A stretch of 57,081 nt of DNA, counting the filler, from Catajapyx aquilonaris (lineage: Eukaryota), in the NCBI GenBank assembly GCA_000934665.2. It is 3 parts of 3 records of this genome, joined end to end, with 100 filler letters (N's around TTAATTAATTAA, not from the genome) between each part and the next. Parts side by side here need not be neighbours in the genome. Positions count along the whole stretch, not along the records: positions 1 to 18,967 come from JYFJ02006562.1; 2 more parts are not named here. The stretch is one strand, 5' to 3'. This document shows positions 10,252-19,067 of the stretch, piece after piece. Every line of letters starts with the position of its first letter. Position 1 is the first letter of the stretch. A model generated the notes under the pieces. The model was not told where the DNA came from. It searched no databases and saw only the letters and a program-made list of their open reading frames with translations. The position numbers and the translations under genes are program-made.

Positions 10252-12181
10252 TCTATAATATTAAAATTCTTGCAGTGTGTGTATAAGCTGTCTGATTGGT
10301 CCGCCCCCATATTGTTGTTACCGCCACCTTCCGATATGCCCCCGTTCATTGTTGCCTGGACGTATTGTTACCATGACGCATCCAATTGGCCCCCGTTCTG
10401 AGCATGCGCAATGGGTGGAAGAACGCCACAGTTGCTTGCTGGACGTCAACGAGGACACATCTCCTCTCCTGTGAACACCCCTCTACCCTTCCACCCTCCT
10501 CCATCCATGGTGACCTTACAACAGAGGAGGGGGAGAGAAGGGAGAATGGAACGCCGTAAACAAACTGTACATAGGCTACAGTCGGGATGTTTATCAGTGG
10601 TGCCAACTCCATGGACGTTTTTAAGCAAAGTAAAACAATTTCAGTTTTTTAAACAAGGTCCTTACTGGCACCCCCGCGGGGAGAGTTGGTAAGCAGGATT
10701 GGCCGCGACATTCAACACTGAACCCGTGGATAGGTCGAGAACGTCAAAAGAAAGTGTCTGGGAGAATGAAACCAGTTTTTGATCATCTAATACCAACACT
10801 GCCGAGTTCCATTGATGTTTATAATAAAGGGGAGTTATGAGCAGTTAGAAAAACCTGGTCGGAAAGTGTGCATATCATTTAGATACATGTGTGAGTGCAT
10901 GCAAATATAGAGGCAGTAGAAGTTGTGAATTTCTGTTCATGCAATAATTGGGGTTTTTAAAATTCCAAAGGTACGGGTATGTTGAGGTGGGTAAATGCAT
11001 ATTTCCCGATCAATGCAAAGGTGGGATTGCAGATGGTTCACGGGGTCCCTACGGAATCATAGATATCCTCCTGAGACCTGGTGTCGACATATGTCGACAT
11101 CAGCAAAATATTTTTTTGGCGCCAACCAGTGATGCCAACAGAACTGTAATATGCTGGTATCCCATGGTTACAATCTGGCCTCAATAGCTGTAGCCACCTA
11201 GCGTCGAATATCTGGCTTGGGCCGAGAAAATTAAATCGCGGACAAAATGGCGGATTCCGCTGCTGAAGCTAGGCGCTCATCTGATCAGTTTTTATTTTTT
11301 TACTCATATTTAGAATGCGATTTTCGCAATGCAGTGAATGTCCTGGGATTCGAAAGGAATGTGTCTTAGGAACTGCGAAAAGATGATTCTGTGACAATCT
11401 TTGTTGCTGTAGTAGAGAACTGGTCATTTTCTTTTCTTCCTGAGACCAAATGCCCATTTAAATGGACATCCGAAAAATGGCATTTTTAGCTGAATGGGTG
11501 TGACTTTTCTTTACGTGCCTGTACCTATACACCCATAAGGAAGTGGACTTTTCACTGTGCAGTTCAGTTTTAAAATCTAGAATAGCAAAGTACCACTCTA
11601 GCGGGTAAGAAGGGAAGGAGCAAGCCCCATGCCTGGAGTGGTGGCGTGAAAAAATGATTTCATTTATCTTTAATTGTCTTCTGAGAGGAATTGCTACCAC
11701 TAATTCCACAAATGAATTTTAAAAACATTGTTTGGAGGATAGAGCACTATGTGAGTGATCCATTAAGTGGTATTTCAATTTTCAGCTTTCATCCGTTCTG
11801 CTTTTGTAGCACCAATTGGGTCCTAATGTTCTCATTGGTTGTTTGTCGCCATTTTTGTCGATATTTTAAAACTAAAATTTTTTTCTCGTTTCTTATTGGG
11901 AACATGTTCAGAAAATGCAATAGGAACTGACATTGTGTTAAAAAATTCGTCTCAGGTCTCAGGAGGATATCAGTACCGTACGGAATCACGGATGGAGGAA
12001 TGGGTGGGGTTGGGGAGTACGCATATGATTGGGGGATGGGCATCATCACTGGCTATAAGTCTGAAGTGATTAAAAATACGGTGCGCACTGTAGGCCGCAG
12101 GCCTAGAAAAAAGCGAACGTAGCGAGTCGTTTTCTACGCCTGCGGCATAGAAAAACGCGAGTGTAGCGAGGGTTTTTCTAG
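10252..12181 (+). mobile_element. Non-autonomous Helitron-like element with a nested piggyBac-like insertion
   Basis: 5' TCTATAATATTAAAA (shared with 1-358) and 3' subterminal hairpins ending TTTTTCTAG|T; no TSD. That the two ends belong to one element is inferred. Confidence 0.6.
11067..11966. mobile_element. piggyBac-like non-autonomous element with ATAT TSD
   Basis: TIR CCTCCTGAGACCTG / CAGGTCTCAGGAGG with ATAT on both sides; same TIR core as 15318-15440. Confidence 0.8.
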
Positions 12182-12323
12182 TCCTATTTTAAAATTCTTT
12201 CAAAGGTACTCTTGTAGTGTTGTTGTACCTGCTCAGAAAATGGGCATTCTAATCATTGATGTGCTAGTTAAATGAAATTCAGTGTATCTATATCCAAAAT
12301 ACTAATGATTATGATTTCCCCAG

Positions 12324-12512
12324 GTATCTGGTGCTGAATATTGCTGATAGTGTAACTGAGAATATCATTCAGCATTTCCCTAAAGTGAGGCAGTTTCTGG
12401 ATGAATGCTTTCTCTCAGGAGGGAAGGCCTTGGTGCATGGGAATGCAGGAATCTCCAGGAGTGCAGCATTGGTGCTGGGTTATTTGATGGAGCGATATTG
12501 CCTAACCTGCAA
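12324..12512 (+). CDS. STYX: STYX pseudophosphatase, exon with the inactive catalytic loop (YLVLNIADSVTENIIQHFPKVRQFLDECFLSGGKALVHGNAGISRSAALVLGYLMERYCLTC)
   Basis: ttccccag|G acceptor and AA|gtatgt donor. Dual-specificity phosphatase sequence with HGNAGISRS (Gly in place of the catalytic Cys), the STYX signature. Confidence 0.96.
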
Positions 12513-12668
12513 GTATGTAGTACAAATTTTTTGACATTTTTAAGTCAATCGATATTGAGACACTGAATTCTTATTTTAAAAATGGTAGCATGTAAGATAG
12601 GAATGTGTAGGACCTGTTTTGCAACTTGCATAGATTTTTGGTGCACAGGTGCTCTATAGTGTGTACTA

Positions 12669-12931
12669 CAGGGTGATTCTCTTGAATGGAAACCCAAACA
12701 TTCCTCAATAACTTTTTAACTATGGTATGGTTCCCTGTGAAAATTGACATGTACTTACCTTGTATCATGCCAAACAAGGTCTGACTAAAGAATATACCAA
12801 AAGTGGTCCCCTCCAGCATCCAGGAATTTTTAAATCCGAGTCTGCATCTTAGATATGTACGGGAGTTGTACCTTGTATGTTGCATTTTCCAGATTTATTT
12901 TACTTTGGCCCCATTGTTTGTGGTCACCCTG
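12669..12931. mobile_element. Chimeric Tc1/mariner-type remnant
   Basis: TA|CAGGGTG ... CACCCTG|TA. The right 80 bp belong to the family at 15477-16223; the left part is unrelated. Confidence 0.6.
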
Positions 12932-12944
12932 TATATATATTATA

Positions 12945-13369
12945 CAGGGTGTATCTGAACTCAGTGCCCCGACGTATATGACTGCCTTCCTAGCCACCAG
13001 AGGATCGATTTAAGAATAGGAGTCATATGTCTGGGCAGCCTCATTACTGAGATACACTCTTTAGTGATTTTTGCCTAATCGCTCCTTCTGACTTTTAAAT
13101 AGAATTTTCTGGTGTAACTAGCCAAAGAGGCCTTACCACCTGTCGGCAACAAACCAACAAAGTCCGGCCCCCAGACCTTCCAGAGCCTTCTGACTGGGGG
13201 AGGGTTCGATGGGTGGCCTAACCGACAGGATATTTTGTACTACATGTTTGCGGCCAATTATCTCCGTAAATGAGGCTGCCCGGACATATGACTCCTATAC
13301 TTAAATCGATCCTCTGGTGGCTAGGAAGGCAGTCATATACGTCGGGGCACTGAGTTCAGATACACCCTG
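12945..13369. mobile_element. 425-bp Tc1/mariner MITE, copy 1
   Basis: ~100-bp TIR starting CAGGGTGTATCTGAACTCAGTGCCCCGAC. TA TSD confirmed by the empty site at 15461-15476. Confidence 0.92.
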
Positions 13370-13720
13370 TATACTTGCCCTAAGTCATAATTATTAGGCC
13401 ACCCCCAAAGAAATGGAGTGGTGGGGTTATACACAAGATGTGATAAAAAGTTTCCATAAAGATTATCTGAACTTTAGAATGGATAATTATGAATAGTAAC
13501 AATTATTGAGCTAGGAGGATACCAAATTTGAAGTTAATTTGACAGTTAACAACTGAAATAAATACGATTATACCTTGGACAGGGAATTTCTGTGGGGTCT
13601 GGTAAATATTGCTGCCACTATGTTTATTTCTTACTTAGCGGGATGTAAATGTTGATAATGAACCTCAGGATCAGGGGCAACACAAACCCAAAACCAGTAT
13701 TGACATTAATTACAAAAAAT

Positions 13721-13996
13721 TGTACCGAAGCAGGTTGGCATAGTGGATAAGGCGTCCGACTGCTAATCGAGAGGTCCAGGGTTCGAATCCCGTGGCCGGC
13801 AATTCTGACCGTGGTTTTCTGTGGTTTCCCACGGTCCTTCCAGGGAAATTCCGGAGTTGTTTCCGTAATTAATAGGCCACAGCCGCTTCCTTCCGTCCCT
13901 ATCCTATCCCAAAGAGCACAGTAAAATGAAAAGCAAAGAGTTCCAGGCAAAACAAACTTCCCCCCTAAAGAGCCGATGGCTGATAACGGGGTAAGA

Positions 13997-14023
<27 letters not shown>
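13721..14023 (+). mobile_element. tRNA-derived SINE, family A, copy 2
   Basis: A box TGGCATAGTGG, B box GGTTCGAATCCC, (ATT)n tail; 16-bp TSD ATTAATTACAAAAAAT; empty site near 14997-15012. Confidence 0.93.
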
Positions 14024-14029
<6 letters not shown>

Positions 14030-14104
14030 TACAAAAAATCTACCACAGAATTAGAAAACATTTATCATGGCTTGCATATATGAAATTTTCTGTGCATTTT
14101 TGAA

Positions 14105-14802
14105 TGGGGAAGTAGCCTTCATTTTGGAAACTACATAATAAATTCGCCCATATTTTTTTGGATTTTTTTGGCGTATTTTGTTTTAAGATATCAGTTTCAG
14201 TTCCGGAGATATTGGCGTTTTTTCGTAGGCAAATGGTGACGTCACTGTTTGCCTCGAAAATGTTGACGTCACGCGAAGTGAAATGAACGCAAAAATGATG
14301 TTATAGAACGCGCCCCGGCAGGGTCGTAAAATAATTCGTTGTACTGTGCTGGACACGGCTGGACATTTTAGCAGTCCAAGTGTTTACTTAGTTGCCAGGC
14401 AACGGGCGAGTTTTTACTCTCAGCCGCTCAAGCCGCTTTGTACGTGGCAGTGATGCCACCAGCTCGGAAATATCTGTCTCCTGAATTAGGCACATAAAGG
14501 CCCCCCTTCTCCACCTCGATGGCCTACAGCCGCCTTGCGAATGCTTTCCGTCGTGTCCGCGGTTAATTCAAAGTCAAATTCCTCATATCTGGCATTCAAC
14601 CACGCATTTCAGTGTACCCTTTCGATTGGCACCACCCGGCCGCGCCGTTTTTCCCGCCAATTTTGAAGGCACTTTTAAATGTGCCGTAATTTATCCAGTA
14701 ATGTCATTTTGATGCAACAGAGTGATGGAATGTGTGTTTACAGGCATGAGCTAGCTAGTTATGAACAAAAATCCCAAATCCCAGACCAAGGCTACTTCCC
14801 CA
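14105..14802. mobile_element. Kolobok-like non-autonomous DNA transposon
   Basis: TIR TGGGGAAGTAGCCTT / AAGGCTACTTCCCCA, flanked by TGAA and TTAA (TTAA TSD with one change). Superfamily assignment tentative. Confidence 0.6.
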
Positions 14803-15317
14803 TTAAGGAATATTTAAAGCCATTTTATTTTAATGGAATTGAAATTTTTATCATAGCACATTGGACTGAGTTCTAGATAAACAATATTATCACATTTTAA
14901 TTTATTAATAAATAACACCGTTAAATGTGGTACAGCCAAGTGTATCAATTTCTGAAAAATTCCACTTGCGATAAATATTGTTTAATTCCATGGTAGATTT
15001 TTTGTAATTAATGTCAATACTGTTTTTGGGTTTGTGTGGCCCCTGAGGTTCATTATCAACATTTACATCCCGCTAAGTAAGAAATAAACATAGTGGCAGC
15101 AATATTTACCAGACCCCACAGAAATTCACTGTCCAAGGTATAATCGTATTTATTTCAGTTGTTAACTGTCAAATTAACTTCAAATTTGGTATCCTCCTAG
15201 CTCAATTGTTACTATTTATAATTATCCATTCTAAAGTCCAGATAATCTTAATGGAAACTTTTTATCACATCTTGTGTATAACCCCACCACTCCATTTCTT
15301 TGGGGGTGGCCTAATAA

Positions 15318-15440
15318 CCTCCTGAGACCCCTGGTACAGTATACTGTACCTTTGTTTTTTCCAGCACCTTCTGACTAACTCAAACGTGTAAAAAAACCAA
15401 AAGCAAAGGTACAGTATACTGTACCAGGGGTCTCAGGAGG
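15318..15440. mobile_element. 123-bp piggyBac-like MITE with ATAA TSD
   Basis: 37-bp TIR CCTCCTGAGACCCCTGGTACAGTATACTGTACCTTTG. ATAA duplicated; a single ATAA at the empty site in the other arm (13381-13400). Confidence 0.88.
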
Positions 15441-15476
15441 ATAATTATGACTTAGGGCAAGTATATAATATATATA

Positions 15477-16223
15477 CAGGGTGACCACAAACAATGGGGC
15501 GAAAGTAAAATAAATCTGGAAAATGCAACATACAAGGTACAACTCCCGTACATATCTCATAGCAAAGAGGAAGGTAGAAAGCTTTTATACATACCTACAA
15601 ACCCTCGATATGAGCACCACGTGTGACACGGCAGGCGTTTAACGGAAATCAACCTCATGTGGCATTAACCACTCCTGCAAGATGTCCAGGTACCGGAAGC
15701 CAGTGATAATGCTCTCCGCTTAAATAATTTTAAAAAAAAAAAAGCCGATTTGTACACCTTCTGGACTGTGGGAGCGCCTCAGCATTTCCATCTCCATGTC
15801 TGCGACTACCTGAATCGACTACTGCCTCAAGGTGGATCAGGCATTCCACTGACAGTGATGAAGTGTTCCGGGCTTGGCCACCCCGTTCACCGGATTTGAC
15901 GCAGTGTGATTTTTTTTTGTGAGGGCACATTAAGGATGCAGTGTTTGTGTCACTCCTCCCGAGATCTGTGGCTGAACTGAAGCGCCTCATCACTTCTGTC
16001 GTGGCTTCCATAACCCCAGACATGCTACAACGCACCTGGGATGAGGTCGATTTCTGGTTAAATGCCTGTCGTGTCACACATGGTGCTCGTATCGAGGGTT
16101 TGTAGGTATGTAAAAAAACTTTCAACCATCTTCTTTGCTATGAGATATGTATGGGAGTTGTATCTTGTATGTTGCATTTTCTAGATTTTTTTTACTTTGG
16201 CCCCATTGTTTGTGGACACCCTG
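15477..16223. mobile_element. Rearranged Tc1/mariner element with two 3' ends and transposase remnants
   Basis: ~185-bp inverted ends, TA flanked. + strand ~15770-16105 reads GAPQHF...WPPRSPDLTQCDFFL*GHIKD...RVTHGARIEGL*. Minus strand 15661-15720 reads ESIITGFRYLDILQEWLMP. Confidence 0.88.
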
Positions 16224-16227
16224 TATA

Positions 16228-16651
16228 CAGGGTGTATCTGAACTCAGTGCCCCGACGTATATGACTGCCTTCCTAGCCACCAGAGGATCGATTTAAGTAT
16301 AGGAGTCATTATGTCTGGCCGCCGCATTACTGAGATAATTGGTCGCAAACATGTAGTACAAAATATCCTGTCGGTTAGGCCACCCATCGAACCCTCCCCC
16401 AGTCAGAAGGCTCTGGAAGGTCTGGGGGCGGGACTTTGTTGGTATGTTGCCCACAGGTGGTAATGCCTCTTTGGCTAGTTACACCAGAAAATTCTACTTA
16501 AAAGTCAGAAGGAGCGATTAGGCAAAAATCGCTAAAGAGTGTATCTCCGTAATGCGGCGGCCAAACATAATGATTCCTATACTTAAATCGATCCTCTGGT
16601 GGCTAGGAAGGCAGTCATATACGTCGGGGCACTGAGTTCAGATACACCCTG
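16228..16651. mobile_element. 425-bp Tc1/mariner MITE, copy 2 (inverted relative to copy 1)
   Basis: Same TIR and interior as 12945-13369; TA on both sides. Confidence 0.92.
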
Positions 16652-16655
16652 TATA

Positions 16656-17591
16656 TGTTACGGTCAATGTGTTTAACCTGGGCATTTTGTAAAATGACCG
16701 GGGCACTGTATAGAATGCCCACGGTTCGTTGGGCAGTGTGTTGATTCTTTTATCGTCATCTGTTATTGCTTGTACTCTGCATATCGCTCCTACACATTCT
16801 TCTATTCAGATAGATGTGTCTGTCCTCTCAGTCGTGTTTTATTTCACTGACATATTTTCCCCGTGTTGATGATGACCTGTACACACTGTGCTCTGAACAT
16901 GGCCAACTCAAACACAAGTACACGCGTGCAGAAATACATCCGTGCAAAGAAAGGTTATTAGACTTAGCTGCTGTTACTGCAAAGGCTGATAGCAAACTGA
17001 TTTTTCTGAGGGAGGCGGCATCTTACAACAGCGTGTCAGGGTCACAGGGGTATAAGAAATGCAACTGCAACACCAAATGTGTGTCAAAAAAGTGCACATG
17101 CAGAGCTACCATTCAGCTCTGTAATTCCAAGTGCCACAGTTATTTGCCTTGCTCCAATAAATGATCCTTACTATTAACTCGGATTGTAATGCCTGTATGC
17201 TGATTTTGACTAAGGGATTTATTATCTCAATAAAAAACCCATTTTTGAAATTTCCTTGTCAGAGCGATTCAATACATTGACCACTACCATCTAGGCATTC
17301 TGTATAATTGTAGCGGTTTGACCCTGACCACCCTGCCTTTCTCTCCCAGCGGGTTTAGGTCGTAAAAGCAGTCTGTACTCAGCTTGGGACCAGGATGGTC
17401 AATAAATACCAGTGCTCGCTAGCTAGGGGTGGACTCGGGGCCGACCCGGGGCCGTCATATAATGACCGGACATTTTATAAGTTGACCGAAACTTGTTAAG
17501 GGCATTATACACACTGCCCAAAAAATTGGGCATTCTATACAGTGCCCGGTCATTTTACAAAATGCCCGGGTAGAACACATTGACCGTAACA
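16656..17591 (+). mobile_element. Ginger-like (integrase-type) DNA transposon deletion derivative with Cys-rich C-terminal ORF remnant
   Basis: ~65-bp TIR TGTTACGGTCAATGTGTT...; TGT/ACA termini; flanks TATA/TACA. ORF 16814-17164 ends 'SQGYKKCNCNTKCVSKKCTCR...CNSKCH...CSNK', like the C-terminus of invertebrate KRBA2/SCAND3-like integrase transposases. Confidence 0.75.
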
Positions 17592-17854
17592 TACACACAC
17601 ACTCCTCGACTGTGGGCTGACCATTGACAATTGTCGTCCCATTTCCTTGCCGATAGCTTGTACTTTTTAACAACTTGATCATGGAGAGAAAATTGTGATG
17701 ACCTAATTTATTGGATGTGAGCTGGAGCAGTGTATTACATAATTTGCTTTTCTTATCAATGCATTTCATTCATGCCAGAATCCAGCAATGATAGCCTTAT
17801 GTAATGCAAACCCGGGTTCCTTGAGAATGTTAACTGCAATTTTTGTCACTCCAG

Positions 17855-18053
17855 GCAAGCCTTTGGTCTGGTGCAGCAGCGCAGGTTCTGCATCAATCCA
17901 AATGAGGGTTTCCTGCAACAGCTGAAAGAATATGAACCAATCTACAAGGCAAAGCAGACTCTGCAAAATGGGCAGTGTTCGTCACAGGATAAAGGGAAGA
18001 ACAAAAGGCGAATCCACGAAACCACAGATGGAGTAGAACCCATGGACAGTTGA
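17855..18053 (+). CDS. STYX: STYX pseudophosphatase, terminal coding exon (QAFGLVQQRRFCINPNEGFLQQLKEYEPIYKAK...PMDS*)
   Basis: actccag|G acceptor, in frame with the previous exon (AA+G=K). 'VQQRRFCINPNEGFLQQLKEYE' resembles STYX 'VQERRFCINPNAGFVHQLQEYE'. TGA stop at 18051-18053. Confidence 0.96.
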
Positions 18054-18127
18054 ATGGACATTGTTTTACGCAAATACAATCGCTACTGTTCTAGCCTGGT
18101 CTAGTTCCACATTTGATCCCAGATCGC

Positions 18128-18197
18128 GGGGTGAGATTTACAAGGTTGTAACTACATAGGATTTTCATTGCAGTTACAAACTTGTAATTCTCACCCC
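18128..18197. repeat. 70-nt hairpin (likely MITE relic) just downstream of the STYX stop codon
   Basis: 29-bp arms with 3 mismatches and a 12-nt loop. Confidence 0.75.
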
Positions 18198-18385
18198 ACG
18201 AGATGCTGACTGTCATATTCAGGCTTTCTGGGCAGTTCCAGAATGGCTGCAGCTGCTCTCTACCAAGGAGTTAAGCACCTCGGTGCACCAGTCTTTCCCA
18301 GTGTACACTTCCATTCTATCCCTATCCCTTACGATGCAGAAGGGGGTGTAGCGTAAGAGAGCATGCAGCCATACAGATGTCCTAC

Positions 18386-18512
18386 CAAGAGGTTAGTCAC
18401 TTGATAGTATAGGGCACAATGGACTTCGACCTGACTTCACCTGGACTTCACTTTGACTTAAACCAGACTTCGTCTAGGTGTTCCAAGGATTTTGTAAGTG
18501 ACTAACTTCTTG
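18386..18512. mobile_element. 127-bp MITE with 8-bp TSD (P-element- or hAT-like)
   Basis: 17-bp TIR CAAGAGGTTAGTCACTT with 1 mismatch; perfect TSD TGTCCTAC; internal ~11-bp GACTTC repeats. Confidence 0.82.
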
Positions 18513-18621
18513 TGTCCTACTGAAGTGGGCAGCTAGCATTTGGTTGCCAGTAGATGGTTGAGCTCTGAGAACCACTCCAGGTGCCATAACACCTGCTTCC
18601 CAGTAACCCAAATCCTGTAAT

Positions 18622-18967
18622 GGGTAATTCCACGTCATGCTGATCATCCATCAGACCTTAACCCCACTGATTTTGATGAAACCCGACAGACTTGAATGTG
18701 ACACGAATGTATGAATCTGAGTCAAATTATACTGTTCTGCAAAAAAAACTTTCTTTCGCTCTTTTGAAAACTTTTATGTGCTTTTTATAGATTTTGGGGT
18801 GCTGAATCGGAATCCGGCGACAGATTTTCTCTATCACGTACAGTTTTTGAGATATGTCGTTTTAAAACTGTGGACGGTTTACTAGGGGTCTTTCCGAATC
18901 AAGTGGGCCTAAATGTTGCTAGACCGCCTCGGATCTTGGTGAAAATAATCCCAGAGGTACTCGACTA
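18622..18967. mobile_element. Left end of an unclassified DNA transposon (cut by spacer)
   Basis: Terminus GGGTAATTCCACGTCA; a matching inverted terminus TGACGTGGAATTCCCC ends at 42578 in block 3. Confidence 0.45.
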
Positions 18968-19067
18968 NNNNNNNNNNNNNNNNNNNNNNNNNNNNNNNNN
19001 NNNNNNNNNNNTTAATTAATTAANNNNNNNNNNNNNNNNNNNNNNNNNNNNNNNNNNNNNNNNNNNN
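18968..19067. other. Artificial 100-bp joining spacer (44N + TTAATTAATTAA + 44N)
   Basis: Symmetric N runs around a linker with stops in all six frames; identical to 38033-38132. Confidence 0.97.

Larger units (their letters stand above)
12851..15557. repeat. Large inverted repeat (arms 12851-14066 and 14970-15557)
   Basis: The arms align in reverse complement with few differences once the MITE, SINE and piggyBac-like insertions are removed. Confidence 0.9.

Noticed and set aside
13724..13800. Functional tRNA genes at SINE heads (also ~1780-1854, ~6186-6260, ~7330-7405, ~7830-7903, ~35361-35430)
   Set aside because: No intact acceptor stem seen; each continues into a body and tail and is bounded by a TSD, so they are SINEs.
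16814..17164. Cys-rich transposon ORF as an in-frame alternative last exon of STYX
   Set aside because: The nearby AG acceptors I checked (16809, 16813, 16831) give a stop or the wrong frame when joined to the phase-2 donor at 12512.
17312..17455. Possible SINE central-domain fragment inside the Ginger-like element
   Set aside because: Only vague resemblance; no A/B boxes or TSD found.
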